From the NCBI GenBank assembly GCA_963730275.1, contig CAVSRI010000031.1, positions 85,900 through 149,899 on the forward strand: 64,000 nucleotides of DNA, read 5' to 3'. Position 1 is the first letter of the stretch. Each line of letters begins with the position of its first letter. A program made the translations under genes and the position numbers. The notes under the pieces were generated by a model, which was not told the origin of the DNA, ran no database searches, and was given only the letters and a program-made list of their open reading frames with translations. Positions 19,700-30,433 of this stretch are shown piece by piece. The DNA is from an uncultured delta proteobacterium (lineage in GTDB: Bacteria > Desulfobacterota > Syntrophia > Syntrophales > Smithellaceae).

Positions 19700-20380
19700 A
19701 TGAATGTCAACTATACTTTGAAAAGAAGCAGAAAAAGAAGGAAAACAATTTCTCTGCAAATCGGCAATAACTCGGAAGTTACTATTTGCGCGCCACACTT
19801 TACACCCGCCGGTGAAATCAACCGTTTTGTCCGGGAAAAGCAAAACTGGATTCAGAGAACAATACGAAAGCAGACCTCGCTTCGTCCTAAAGAAAAAGAA
19901 TATATTACCGGCGAATTATTTTATTATTTAGGTGAATCTTTTCCTTTGGAAGTTTTCTTTGAAGAAAGTGCCCGCAGAGGGCTTGTTTTTTGGCGCGGTC
20001 GGTTTTATCTTAATTCTCCGAAGGCGGAAGTTGATGGTAAGTCTTTTTTTATTTCCTGGTATAAGAAAAAAGCCGGAGAATATTTAAGTAAACGTGTTGA
20101 ATTTTTCAGCCGTCAGTTCTCCCTTCAGCCGCGGCAGATAAAAATAACTTCAGCAGGCCAACGCTGGGGGTCATGCTCGGAAGATAACAATTTATCGTTC
20201 AGCTTCCGGCTGATTATGGCGCCGCCGGCAGTGATTGATTATGTTGTTGTGCATGAACTGATGCACATCAGGGAAAAAAGTCATTCGTCGAGATTTTGGA
20301 AATTAATAAAGGCGGTTATGCCGGAATATAAAACACATAGGCACTGGCTGAAAGAAGAGAGCCCTAAATTTATTCTTTGA
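19700..20380 (+). CDS. YgjP-like (DUF45) zinc metallohydrolase
   Basis: QRWGSCS block and HELMH zinc motif (VVHELMHIRE), then HS..FW. Confidence 0.75.
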   Translation: MNVNYTLKRSRKRRKTISLQIGNNSEVTICAPHFTPAGEINRFVREKQNWIQRTIRKQTSLRPKEKEYITGELFYYLGESFPLEVFFEESARRGLVFWRGRFYLNSPKAEVDGKSFFISWYKKKAGEYLSKRVEFFSRQFSLQPRQIKITSAGQRWGSCSEDNNLSFSFRLIMAPPAVIDYVVVHELMHIREKSHSSRFWKLIKAVMPEYKTHRHWLKEESPKFIL

Positions 20381-20413
20381 TCCGCCTTGAGAAAGGATTG
20401 AACAGTATTTTTT

Positions 20414-21271
20414 ATGGAAAAATTAGAAATAATTGATTTTCAGCATCGCGAACTTCTCCAAGACAGTTTTAAGCAATTAAATTTGCCGATTTCCGACTAC
20501 ACTTTCGCTAATATTTATCTCTTCCGCAAAATCAGTCATTATGAATTTCTGACAACGGATTGCGGCTTATTTATTTGCGGCAACAACAAACAGGGGCAGC
20601 GCTACGTAATGCCTTTAAACGATCTGCGCAGTTGCGATATGCAGATATTCGGGGACGTTTTGATTAAGCAGGGTTTTTTCTTCCCTGTACCACAAGAATG
20701 GCTCTCTTTTTTCCCCACTGATAAATTTGTCATAACCAGTAACGATAGCGAATTCGACTATATTTATCTGACCGAAAAAATGGCTTCCTTCAAGGGGAAA
20801 CAGTATACGCGTCATCGCAATCACTTAAATCAGTTTTTTTCTTCATATCGACCGCAGGCGGAATCCATTGGTATGAATAATTTGAACGACACGATGAATA
20901 TTTTACAAGAATGGCAAAACGATTCTGGATTGGCGCAGGAGAAAACAGACTTTGAACAGTGCAGCGAAGCCCTGCATAAATTTTCCGAGCTTGCTCTATG
21001 GGGAACAATATATTACATTGATAAAGAGCCCGCCGGATTTATAATCGGCGAGGCGCTGAACACGGATACCTTTTGTTTACATTTTGCCAAAGCGTCCAAG
21101 AAATACCACGGTATTTATGAATTTATGTTTAACGATACAGCTAAAAAATTGCAATCTCAATATAAATACCTCAATCTTGAAGAAGATATGGGTAATGGGA
21201 ATTTACGTCGGACAAAAAGCTCTTATGGTCCGGAAATGCTTTTAAAAAAATACTGTGTCCGCCTCCAATGA
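20414..21271 (+). CDS. DUF2156 / LysPG-synthase C-terminal-like acyltransferase-fold protein (tentative)
   Basis: SDYTFANIYLFR start block and KGKQYTRHRNHLNQF, as I recall for DUF2156 proteins. Confidence 0.55.
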   Translation: MEKLEIIDFQHRELLQDSFKQLNLPISDYTFANIYLFRKISHYEFLTTDCGLFICGNNKQGQRYVMPLNDLRSCDMQIFGDVLIKQGFFFPVPQEWLSFFPTDKFVITSNDSEFDYIYLTEKMASFKGKQYTRHRNHLNQFFSSYRPQAESIGMNNLNDTMNILQEWQNDSGLAQEKTDFEQCSEALHKFSELALWGTIYYIDKEPAGFIIGEALNTDTFCLHFAKASKKYHGIYEFMFNDTAKKLQSQYKYLNLEEDMGNGNLRRTKSSYGPEMLLKKYCVRLQ

Positions 21272-21289
21272 TATAGAGAAGATTAATCA

Positions 21290-23527
21290 ATGAACAGTCC
21301 GGTTGTTATTACAGCTTTGCGTGAAGGTGATCAGGGAATTATTCACTCCCTTGAGGGAGGCTCAGCCCTGACGAGCCGCCTGGCCGGTATGGGCATAGTC
21401 GTGAACGCCAGATTCCGCATTGCTCAGGTCAGCGGCGGCCTTATCGTAATTCAGGTGGCAGATACACGGATTGCTTTAGGCCGCGGCGAAGCGTCAAAAA
21501 TAATAGTTTATAAAATTGATTCCGCCGATGAAATCTGCCTGCCGCCCATCGAAAAGGAAATCTTTGTTGCCCTTGCCGGTCAGCCCAATGTAGGTAAATC
21601 AACGGTGTTTAATATTCTTACCGGTTTGTCCCAGCATGTTGGCAACTGGCCGGGAAAGACAGTGGAGAAGAAAGAGGGAATCCATCGCGCCGATAATGTT
21701 TTAATTCGTATCGTGGATTTACCCGGAACTTACAGTCTGACCGCGTTTTCCGAAGAGGAAAGAGTTGCCCGCGATTTTATCATCAAAGAAAAACCCGACC
21801 TTGTTGTGCTGGTGCTCAACGCTGCGGCTCTGGAGAGGAACCTTTATCTTTTATCCGAGGTTCTTCTGCTCAATCGCCCGGTAATTGTGGCTTTAAATAT
21901 GCTGGATGTCGCTTCTAACCAAGGTATCCAGATTGATACAAAAGCATTGCAGGATTCGCTGGGGATACCGATAATTCCCATGGTGGCTAAACGAAACAGC
22001 GGCATTAAAGAGCTTGTGGCGCAAATATCATCGCTCGCCTTATGTGACAATAAATTTCATCCGCAGTTACCGGAGGTCTCGCCCGACCACCAGCAAATCT
22101 ACCAGGAAATATTGGGAGCAGTCCGGCCTTATATTCAGGAACCTTACACACCCGAATGGATTGCGATAAAATTGATGGAAGGCGATCCCGAAGTATCAAC
22201 AATGGTGAAAAACAAGGCGCATAAATCCGCCTGGGAGGAGATACAGAATCTTCTCATCAAACATGAAGACGCACTGCACGCCGTTGTCAACGGCCGCTAT
22301 GACTGGATTGAGAAAATGACCAGGGCGGCTATTTCCCGCTTTAAAATGGGGCAGGTACTGTTAACCGATAGAATCGATCATATTCTGACTCGTCCGGTCT
22401 TCGGCATTCCGGTTTTGCTGGCGGTAATGGCTGCGGTTTTTTTCCTTACTTATTCTGTCGGTGTTCCCATGCAGAAATGGATGGACGGCCTGATTCACCA
22501 ATTTATTCAATTTTGTGAGCCATATACAACGGCTTTGCCTGCCTGGCTTCAGGGACTATTGCTCAACGGAGTCGTCGGGGGAGCAGGATCAGTGCTTACC
22601 TTTCTGCCGATTCTACTCATCTTTTTTGCGATCATGGCGCTTTTGGAAGACGTCGGCTATATGGCGCGCGCCGCCTTTGTTATGGATAGAATCATGCATC
22701 TGGTCGGCCTGCATGGAAAAAGCTTTATTCCGATGTGCCTGGGATTCGGGTGCAATGTGCCTGCCGTTCTGGGCGCGCGGATTATTGAGACGCGCAAAGC
22801 CAGAATGATTACTTTGCTTTTGATTCCCTTTGTTCCCTGCACGGCCAGGCTCGCTGTATTGACCCTTGTTTCTGCGGCCATCTTTGGAACTAATGCCGCT
22901 TATGTATCCTGGAGCATCCTGACACTGAACATTTTAGTTTTGGGGTTGGTGGGAACTTTAGTGAATGAGACGCTCCGGGAACAGGACGCGCCATTTATAA
23001 TGGAACTACCAATTTATCATAGTCCCGATCCCAGAACTATTATGGTGGTGGTCTGGTCCAGAACACTTTCCTTCATCCGTAAAGCGGGAACAATTATTCT
23101 TGCTGTTTCTTTGCTGGTCTGGCTTTTATCTTATTTCCCTGCCAGCGTTGTGGAAAAAAGTTTTCTAGCTTCATTAGGGAAATTTCTACAGCCGCTGGGA
23201 GTGCCGCTGGGGCTGGATTGGAAAATGATTACCGCTCTTTTAACCGGTCTTGTAGCCAAAGAGAATGTTGTGGCCACATTGGGGGTTCTTTATTCTGTAG
23301 GCGCAGAAGGTTTGGTTAATGTTCTGCCGACGGTGATGAGTCACGCCTCTGCCGCGGCCTTCCTCGTGGTAATGATGCTTTTTATTCCCTGCGCCGCAAC
23401 AGTAGCAGTTTTGCAAAAAGAAATGAACAGCAATAAATGGTTTTACTCCACTATCGTGATAACGCTGATTGTTTCCTATTTAGGCGGCATTGCAGCTTAT
23501 AATTTTGTTAGATGGCTGGCGATATAG
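21290..23527 (+). CDS. feoB: Ferrous iron transporter FeoB with N-terminal FeoA domain
   Basis: FeoA SH3-like segment (first 75 aa or so), G-domain GQPNVGKST / DLPG / NMLD, then a polytopic permease. Confidence 0.9.
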   Translation: MNSPVVITALREGDQGIIHSLEGGSALTSRLAGMGIVVNARFRIAQVSGGLIVIQVADTRIALGRGEASKIIVYKIDSADEICLPPIEKEIFVALAGQPNVGKSTVFNILTGLSQHVGNWPGKTVEKKEGIHRADNVLIRIVDLPGTYSLTAFSEEERVARDFIIKEKPDLVVLVLNAAALERNLYLLSEVLLLNRPVIVALNMLDVASNQGIQIDTKALQDSLGIPIIPMVAKRNSGIKELVAQISSLALCDNKFHPQLPEVSPDHQQIYQEILGAVRPYIQEPYTPEWIAIKLMEGDPEVSTMVKNKAHKSAWEEIQNLLIKHEDALHAVVNGRYDWIEKMTRAAISRFKMGQVLLTDRIDHILTRPVFGIPVLLAVMAAVFFLTYSVGVPMQKWMDGLIHQFIQFCEPYTTALPAWLQGLLLNGVVGGAGSVLTFLPILLIFFAIMALLEDVGYMARAAFVMDRIMHLVGLHGKSFIPMCLGFGCNVPAVLGARIIETRKARMITLLLIPFVPCTARLAVLTLVSAAIFGTNAAYVSWSILTLNILVLGLVGTLVNETLREQDAPFIMELPIYHSPDPRTIMVVVWSRTLSFIRKAGTIILAVSLLVWLLSYFPASVVEKSFLASLGKFLQPLGVPLGLDWKMITALLTGLVAKENVVATLGVLYSVGAEGLVNVLPTVMSHASAAAFLVVMMLFIPCAATVAVLQKEMNSNKWFYSTIVITLIVSYLGGIAAYNFVRWLAI

Positions 23528-23570
23528 AGTAATATCCCGCTTAATTATACCCCGCGAAGTGTTTCTGGCT

Positions 23571-24836
23571 TCATTTGTTATCTTTATCCAAAGACCGTTG
23601 TTTTCTTCTCTTCTTAAATTCACCGATAAATTCTTTGGAGGAAAGATATTTATCGGCAAAGGAAACGATGAAGGATTCTTTATATTTGGGCACAACAAGG
23701 GTGAGCGGCCACATGTGCTTTTTGATAATGTCCTCTTCAATTTCATTTAGAGAAAAGTGTTTTCTGGCATTGGCCAGGGCAATTGCAGGATGTTCAATGC
23801 CATGAAATTTTTCCCGGGAAAGATCCGGCACATCGTGATTACGCCAGTCGTAAAGGAAAAAATCATGAAGGATCGCTCCGCGCGCCGCGGAGCGGTAGTC
23901 CAGTTTTAAAAATTTGCATATACGGTAAGATAAATACGCGACTTTCTGCACGTGTTCGTAAATTGAAGAATTGTGATGAAAGTAATCTTTGAGTTTCATG
24001 AATTCTTCGTGTCCGTCTATGTCTTGAATTATTTCGTAATATTCATGTTCAAATGGCTGGCGGCCATTCATCTCTATGATGATCTTACCCTGGATGGATT
24101 TCAAAAAAGTATTAATACCGCTTTTAATTTTATTGTTGATGCTGTTATTGATATACCTGTTCAGATACGGGAATGCATTGCGGAGCCTCTGAAAAGAATC
24201 AACAATCCTTTCAATTTCCAGGTTGCTCAGGTTAAAGTATTCTGTATACAAGTAGGCAATTTTCTTTTGGAATTCCGTGATCGATACTACTGAAAACACA
24301 AAATCGATTGAATAATAGATCAGGAACGTGAACGCCGCGACTTTAATGTGTAAGATATCCAGTGTAAGTATATTGCTCAAAATTATGGGATGAATAAATG
24401 TCACGAAGGCAAGGGCGAGAATTGTCCATAATGTTGAAAAGAGCAAACATACCTTCCCCTGTAGATTAAACTTATTTTCCGAATAATCCCATAACGTCAA
24501 TTTAAATATCTTTTCGGAAAGAAACCCAACGATATATTCAATGGTGGTAAGCGTGAGGCCGAATATAATAAACCGGGGCACAAGATGCCAGGTCTGCAAA
24601 AAATATTGAAGGATGATGATAAAAAACGCGCCGATGCCGTAGAGGGGGATGAAAGGCCCGTACAAAAATCCCGCATTGACGAATTTCTTTTGGGTTAGGG
24701 AACGGTAAATAACCTCGATGATCCATCCCAGGAAGGAGTAGATCGCGAAAAGCACCACATAATAAAATATGCTTATACCGTCATCTGTCATGATGCTGAT
24801 TTTTATCATAAGTGAACGCCTTTGCAAAGGGAGCAA
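23571..24836 (-). CDS. Membrane-anchored HD-domain phosphohydrolase
   Basis: N-terminal half polytopic (YSFLGWIIEVIY-type helices). C-terminal HD signature (ILHDFFLYDW, HGIEHP, KHMWPL). Start among several in-frame Met. Confidence 0.6.
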   Translation of the reverse strand: MLPLQRRSLMIKISIMTDDGISIFYYVVLFAIYSFLGWIIEVIYRSLTQKKFVNAGFLYGPFIPLYGIGAFFIIILQYFLQTWHLVPRFIIFGLTLTTIEYIVGFLSEKIFKLTLWDYSENKFNLQGKVCLLFSTLWTILALAFVTFIHPIILSNILTLDILHIKVAAFTFLIYYSIDFVFSVVSITEFQKKIAYLYTEYFNLSNLEIERIVDSFQRLRNAFPYLNRYINNSINNKIKSGINTFLKSIQGKIIIEMNGRQPFEHEYYEIIQDIDGHEEFMKLKDYFHHNSSIYEHVQKVAYLSYRICKFLKLDYRSAARGAILHDFFLYDWRNHDVPDLSREKFHGIEHPAIALANARKHFSLNEIEEDIIKKHMWPLTLVVPKYKESFIVSFADKYLSSKEFIGEFKKRRKQRSLDKDNK

Positions 24837-24860
24837 AAGGGAAGAATCAGTTTCCAGAGC

Positions 24861-26021
24861 TTACCATGGAATTGTAGCCGTGACGACGACAGGGCGGTAA
24901 AGAAAAAGATTTTTGCGGATGAAATTGTTTTGTTGTTGGAAATTTTCGGATGAATTGCAAACGTACGTTATAACAAGATTACTCGCGCGCGCAAATTCAA
25001 TGTGTTCTTTACCGGCGTAACAAAAATTTTGATCGTCATACCGGGGGCTTTTGGGGTCAACTTCGGGAATCTTTTCTACTAGAACTTTGGGCTTCGTCCA
25101 CGGACCTTCCAGTGTATCCGCGGTTTGATACAAGAGTTGATTGCCGTTGTTTTGCGGGGATAGGTAAATAGCAATCCATTTTTTATCATCATCATGGTAC
25201 CTGACGCTTAACTCGGAGACACTGGCGGCAAGAACGATCTTAGCCTTGTCGGGCACAAGCCCTTTTTCCCATTTTCCGTCTTTGTTTAAGTATTCCATGG
25301 AATCAGCAGGATCATCCAATTTGTCGATGGGAATACGCGCCAGGATATTGCCGGAGATCTTCGCTGTTTTCTTTACAGAGATATAAAGCGGATAAAAATA
25401 GACATAATTCTGAAAAACGACGGAGGCCGGGGCAAAAGCTTCAATTCCCGGCAGTATTGCGTCTTTTAAGTCAATATAATCGACATTCCATTGAAGGGGA
25501 TCCGCCAATGTATAATTTTTGATTCGGGCAATTTTGTGTCTGATTATCTTGAAGTTTAATGGTGCTTTTAAATCCAGCATAGCTTTTACAACTAACAGAG
25601 GGACGTACAATACATTATTAATAATAAATGGGTCCTGCGGCCAGAGCCATTCGTTTTCACCGAAGGCCGACACAAATTTCCCATTTTTCTTTTTCAGATA
25701 ATAGTGAATATGGAATTGGTTATTTTCCGAACAGGTGGAGATGGCCAGTGTTGTTCCCATGACGACATCCATACCAATGCGGTCTTTCCTGCCTTTTTCG
25801 TTGGCAACAAACGTATCGCCGAAAAGCCACAAAGTACGTTCTTGATCCAGCTTGATGGAGTAGGCACCGTCACCGCCGTACCAGCCGTCTTTATCCGGGA
25901 AACTGGGCAGGCATTGGGCTGGTGAGAAAGCAGCAGAGTACTTTCCTGTCCAAACAGGTGAGCAGGCAGTAAGCCCCATGCTCAAGATTAACAGGATAAG
26001 CCATGTTATTTTTTTCGCCAT
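24861..26021 (-). CDS. Secreted lipoprotein, beta-propeller/DUF4185-like (function tentative)
   Basis: Start moved to MAKKITWLILLILSMGLTAC (lipobox LTAC), with cat at 26019-26021. WYGGDGAYS...WLFGDTF block. Confidence 0.6.
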   Translation of the reverse strand: MAKKITWLILLILSMGLTACSPVWTGKYSAAFSPAQCLPSFPDKDGWYGGDGAYSIKLDQERTLWLFGDTFVANEKGRKDRIGMDVVMGTTLAISTCSENNQFHIHYYLKKKNGKFVSAFGENEWLWPQDPFIINNVLYVPLLVVKAMLDLKAPLNFKIIRHKIARIKNYTLADPLQWNVDYIDLKDAILPGIEAFAPASVVFQNYVYFYPLYISVKKTAKISGNILARIPIDKLDDPADSMEYLNKDGKWEKGLVPDKAKIVLAASVSELSVRYHDDDKKWIAIYLSPQNNGNQLLYQTADTLEGPWTKPKVLVEKIPEVDPKSPRYDDQNFCYAGKEHIEFARASNLVITYVCNSSENFQQQNNFIRKNLFLYRPVVVTATIPW

Positions 26022-26148
26022 AATCAATACTTTATCATCATATAACGGCGTTGTGCAACCGAACGACGAATTAGGGTAAGCCGTGTTTTCCGTCGCGCAG
26101 CGGTGAGAAACATCGGCTTCACCCGTTGGTTGGGCATAAAACCATTTT

Positions 26149-26625
26149 CTATTCAAAAGCATTGGCACCATAGTAGGCCTTCACTCTTTTCGACCTGCTA
26201 AAATAGGCTAGCCATGAAATAGGGATAACTAAGCCCGCTAAAGTGCTAATCTTAAACTTGGCGATCTCTAATGAATTGGGCAACATGTTGAAGTGATTCA
26301 TCACAAGAAAAACTCCAAAACTGGCTATGACCACTACTAACCAAACGATTAATAACTTTGAAATCTGCTTGGGAACAATAGGAGCACGAGTTTTCAATAT
26401 TTTGATTATTTGAACCTGAATTAAAACCAAAATTACAGCCCAAAAGACACCTATGACAGCAGAAACAGTATCTTGGCTGCTTGTGTTTGTAATATGCATG
26501 AATGGGTTCGCTACGAGTGCGATGGAAACTAGCACTACGTCTTTGATTATTATAATTAAACTTAATATGAGACAAAACCTACAGAAACTTAACCATCCGC
26601 CAAACTCATTAAGTGGTTTACTCAC
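26149..26625 (-). CDS. Polytopic membrane protein (DUF2569-like, tentative)
   Basis: 158 aa, 4-5 helices, FGGWLSF start block. Confidence 0.5.
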   Translation of the reverse strand: MSKPLNEFGGWLSFCRFCLILSLIIIIKDVVLVSIALVANPFMHITNTSSQDTVSAVIGVFWAVILVLIQVQIIKILKTRAPIVPKQISKLLIVWLVVVIASFGVFLVMNHFNMLPNSLEIAKFKISTLAGLVIPISWLAYFSRSKRVKAYYGANAFE

Positions 26626-26738
26626 CTAATTACCTCCATTTTTTATGCCCAACAATTAATATACGAACTTCGCTTTTTTCGAATATTTTAATAACAATAT
26701 AATGCAGTAAATTATCTTATTCAAGGCAAAGGCATTTT

Positions 26739-27539
26739 TTATTTCCCCTTAAAATCCGGCGGCCGTTTTTCGATGAAGGCAGTAACGGCTTCTTTGAGAT
26801 CGTCTGAAGTCATAAGCACCATATTCTTTTGTATTGCGGAAGCCATACCGTCGTGAATATTCGCGTAACGGCTGTAATTAAGCACTTCTTTTGTACAGCG
26901 GATGGCCAGCGGCGCGTTTTGGGCAATCTCCGCCGCTAATTTTTTTGCAGCCGCCATCAGCGCGTCTTTATCCTTGTAAACGGCATTGACTAAGCCCACT
27001 TTTTCCACTTCCCGTGCGGGATATTCCGCGGCAGTATAGGCCATTTGCCGGGCAAAACCCTGTCCGACAATTAATGGCAATCTCTGGAGTACGCCCATAT
27101 CGGCGACAAAACCGATCGCCGCTTCTTTGAGACAGAAGCTCGCGTCTTCAGAGCAAAGGCGGATATCGCAGGCGGAAATTATATCCAGTCCACCGCCGAT
27201 ACAGCGGCTGTGTATGGCCGCGATTACCGGTTTGGGGCATTCTTCGATGGCGTTACAGCAATCAAATAAAGGCTGGGATCTTTCCACGGATTCAATAACA
27301 CCTTTGGCTGTTCCATTGAAACCACCAGCGGCTTCTTTCAAATCCAATCCGGCGCAAAAAATTCTCGCCTTACTTTTGAGGACAATCGCTCTTACTTCGT
27401 CCATAGTTCCCAGTTTCCTGAAAACATTTGCAATCTCGGAGGCAAATTCCAGAGACAAAGCATTCAGGCTTTCCACTCTGGCGAGAGTTACGTCCGCAAC
27501 ATGATTTTTGATTTCCAGTTCAATAAACTTATATTTCAT
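26739..27539 (-). CDS. Enoyl-CoA hydratase/isomerase (crotonase family)
   Basis: Crotonase fold blocks (FCAGLDLKE, CIGGGLD). Start set at MKYKFIELE (cat at 27537-27539, RBS aggagg). The longer ORF runs into the repeat element. Confidence 0.85.
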   Translation of the reverse strand: MKYKFIELEIKNHVADVTLARVESLNALSLEFASEIANVFRKLGTMDEVRAIVLKSKARIFCAGLDLKEAAGGFNGTAKGVIESVERSQPLFDCCNAIEECPKPVIAAIHSRCIGGGLDIISACDIRLCSEDASFCLKEAAIGFVADMGVLQRLPLIVGQGFARQMAYTAAEYPAREVEKVGLVNAVYKDKDALMAAAKKLAAEIAQNAPLAIRCTKEVLNYSRYANIHDGMASAIQKNMVLMTSDDLKEAVTAFIEKRPPDFKGK

Positions 27540-27564
27540 ACATCCTCCTTCAGGTTTTTTTATT

Positions 27565-27692
27565 TGTGAAACTCCAATTCTGAAAGCGAAGTCCGGCGTA
27601 TGCCAGACGAAGCGTATTGGAATTGGTAAGTTGAACAATCCCGCAAAGCGGAGGGTACTCCGAAGCTTGCTTTGGGGGTACCCGTGGGTTTT
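27565..27692 (+). repeat. Intergenic nested-hairpin repeat, single composite unit
   Basis: tgtgaaactc box; ccaattc(27574-27580)/gaattgg(27620-27626) stem; gtaagttgaacaat linker; atcccgc-aaa-gcggaggg hairpin; gggtac...gtaccc stem around a gctttgggg loop. Confidence 0.8.
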
Positions 27693-28098
27693 TCGTATTA
27701 ATGTGAATTTAATATTCTAAATTCGGTATTTTGTCCAATGAATATCTTATTGCCAACGGGGACCGATTGTTATGAAAAGCACTTTATATTCAAGTACCTA
27801 AGCCAAGTAGCGGTATGATTTGCCTCCGGGCAATAAAAAAGCTAACTGCCGGTCAAAATAGTTTGAATTAGAAAAATATTTTTGGTAGGGTGAAAAACAT
27901 TGGGGACGAATGATTGTTTGACCCGCGCTTCGAGAATATTTGTATGTTTTAGTAAAAACTGCTCCTGAATATTCCCGATGATGGTATCCTCCCTGTGGGA
28001 CTATTTTCTTGCGAAAATATCTATTACCCGGTGATGGATTGCCTTTTTCAGGGATTATTTTGGACAGAAATGACCATAAAACAAAACTCATAGAAAGG

Positions 28099-28989
28099 AT
28101 GGAAAAAATGAAAATCGAAGATGTAAAAAACGTATGTGTGGTTGGGGCCGGAAACATGGGCCACCAGATTTCTCTTCTTTGCGCTATTTACGGTTACAAA
28201 ACAAAGTGTTCGGATGTTATTCCGGAAATGCTCAAGAAGGCCGATAATTTTGTCAATAACTATCTTCCCGGAAGGGTAGAGAAGGGAAAAATGACGAAAG
28301 AGGTAGCTGAGGCAGCGCGCAAAAATATTTCTTTTACCGGCGATATGAAAGAGGCAGCGAAGGATGCGGATTTCGTAATCGAAGCAGCGACGGAAGTTCT
28401 TGACCTTAAAAAGAAGATATTTGCCGATCTCGACAAATTCGCGCCTGCTCACGCCATTCTGGCGACGAACAGCTCATTTATCGTGAGCTCTCGCATTGCC
28501 GATGTTACCAAGCGTCCGGATAAAGTCCTGAACATGCACTTTTTTAATCCGGCGCTGGTAATGAAGCTGGTGGAAGTAGTTAAAGGTCCCCATGTTTCTG
28601 AAGAGAGCGCCAATATTACGATGGAATTAAGCAAGAAATTGGAAAAGGTCCCGGTCTTCATTAAAAAGGAAGTGGATGGCTTCCTGCTCAACAGGATTTT
28701 CCGAGTGATTTCCAGAGAAGCCCAGTGGATGCTGGATATGGGCGTTGCTTCCGCAGAAGATATCGATAAGGCCTGTGTTTTCGGAGCAGGTCATCCGATG
28801 GGTCCCTTCCGGTTGATGGATTTAACCGGTATCGATCTTACCTACATCATGAGTATGGAGGGCTTTAGAAAATCAGGCGATTGGGCCGATTTCCCGTCTC
28901 CCAGTGTTGTAGCGCATTATGTCAAAGGTGAATACGGAGAAAAAACCGGCAAAGGATGGTATGAATATAAAAAACCGGAAAAGAAATAG
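28099..28989 (+). CDS. 3-hydroxyacyl-CoA dehydrogenase (Hbd-like)
   Basis: VVGAGNMGHQI Rossmann block plus a C-terminal dimerisation domain. Start at ATG 28099 or 28108 (RBS aaagga). The upstream extension is rejected. Confidence 0.85.
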   Translation: MEKMKIEDVKNVCVVGAGNMGHQISLLCAIYGYKTKCSDVIPEMLKKADNFVNNYLPGRVEKGKMTKEVAEAARKNISFTGDMKEAAKDADFVIEAATEVLDLKKKIFADLDKFAPAHAILATNSSFIVSSRIADVTKRPDKVLNMHFFNPALVMKLVEVVKGPHVSEESANITMELSKKLEKVPVFIKKEVDGFLLNRIFRVISREAQWMLDMGVASAEDIDKACVFGAGHPMGPFRLMDLTGIDLTYIMSMEGFRKSGDWADFPSPSVVAHYVKGEYGEKTGKGWYEYKKPEKK

Positions 28990-29153
28990 GCGGATAAAAT
29001 TTTCTATTAAGTAACGGTAATAAAGGTATTTTAAATGCTTCAGAATGAGGATGGCAAAAAGAATTTCTTATTTTGAGTAAAAATAGAAAACGCCTGTATT
29101 CGGGAAAGTTGACAATGTTTTTATGGAAAAAATAATAAATAGTGAGGTGGTAT

Positions 29154-30362
29154 ATGAGTAACAGAGAAGTTGTATTTGTTGACGGAGTGCGCACCGCATT
29201 CGGCACTCTGGGACGAACGCTAAGGAACTTTACGATGGAAGAATTAGGTGGCTTAGCTATTAAAGGACTGGTGGCAAAAACCAAAATAGCCGAGAAGGGC
29301 ACAGTAGACGCGGTTTTTTGCGGTTCGGCAATCGGCGCGACTTCCGCTCTTAACCCGGCGCGTTGGGCAACATTAGCCGGCGGACTTCCGGAGAGCACTT
29401 CGGCTTCCTATGTGGAGATGCAGTGCGGATCGGCGATTGACAGCATCAATCATGCGGCATGGAGAATTCTGGCCAACCACGCGGATATCATGATCGCCGG
29501 CGGCATGGAATCTTACAGCCAGGCATGCGCCAAATTTTCCATGGCCACAGAGCCGTATCGGATGATTCCGCCCTTCCCCATTGCACCATCCCTTTCTCCC
29601 ACCAAGGATCCGGCGACCATGAATATGGGATTGACGGCGGAGGCCCTGCAGAAGATGTACAATATATCGCGTCAGGCGCAGGATGAATTCGGTTTACGCA
29701 GTCAGGTATTGGCAAAAAAAGCCATTGATGCCGGATATTTTGTTGATGAAATTATTCCGGTCATGGTTCCGCAGGGGAAAAAGAATCCCCCTATCGAATT
29801 CAAAGTTGACGAACATCCGCGCATGACTTCCATGGAGGCGCTATCAGCCCTGCCGCCAGCCTTTACGAAGGACGGAACTGTCACTGCCGGGAACGCCTCC
29901 GGGCGCAATGACGGCGCCGCCTTTGTTTTGATGATGACCATGGAAAAAGCCAAAGCGCTGGGTTATAAACCGATGGCGAAGTGGCTTGCCGGCGGTGATT
30001 ACGGTGTCGATCCCAAAATCATGGGAATTGCTCCTGCTTATGCCGTTCCTCAGGCCATGAAGCGGGCGGGTTTGAAGCTTTCCGCTATGGACGTTCTAGA
30101 ATGTAATGAGGCCTTTGCCGTGCAGAATTTAGCGGTTATCAAAGAACTCGAAAAGCAGACCGGCGAGAAAGTGAATATAGACAAATGGAACCCCAACGGC
30201 GGAGCCATTGCCTTTGGTCATCCTAATGGTGCTTCGGGAGCCCGCATTTGCCTATTCACCATGAAAGAACTCATCCGCAAAGGCGGTAAGTACGGTGTTT
30301 TCAGCTCCTGCTGCGGCGGTGGCTTGGGTGTAGCGACGGTTATTGAAAATTTACAGAAATAG
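29154..30362 (+). CDS. Acetyl-CoA C-acetyltransferase (thiolase)
   Basis: Thiolase blocks (VDGVRTAFG, NEAFA, GHPNGASGAR, CCGGGLG). RBS gaggtgg before ATG 29154. Confidence 0.9.
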   Translation: MSNREVVFVDGVRTAFGTLGRTLRNFTMEELGGLAIKGLVAKTKIAEKGTVDAVFCGSAIGATSALNPARWATLAGGLPESTSASYVEMQCGSAIDSINHAAWRILANHADIMIAGGMESYSQACAKFSMATEPYRMIPPFPIAPSLSPTKDPATMNMGLTAEALQKMYNISRQAQDEFGLRSQVLAKKAIDAGYFVDEIIPVMVPQGKKNPPIEFKVDEHPRMTSMEALSALPPAFTKDGTVTAGNASGRNDGAAFVLMMTMEKAKALGYKPMAKWLAGGDYGVDPKIMGIAPAYAVPQAMKRAGLKLSAMDVLECNEAFAVQNLAVIKELEKQTGEKVNIDKWNPNGGAIAFGHPNGASGARICLFTMKELIRKGGKYGVFSSCCGGGLGVATVIENLQK

Positions 30363-30433
30363 AAAAGTGCAATTGAGTTATTAATTATTTTTGCGCTTAT
30401 TAAAACATAAGCGTTACAAAATGTGTGTGTTTC

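Noticed and set aside
21290-23527. The FeoA-FeoB fusion as a novelty
   Set aside because: To my knowledge, fused FeoAB proteins have been reported in several anaerobes. Nothing else about the gene is atypical.
27540-27638. N-terminal extensions of ORFs 26739-27638, 24861-26171, 28009-28989, 29142-30362 and 61211-62395
   Set aside because: Internal ATGs with good RBSs coincide with the start of family homology or with a lipoprotein signal peptide. The extensions run into repeats or intergenic DNA.
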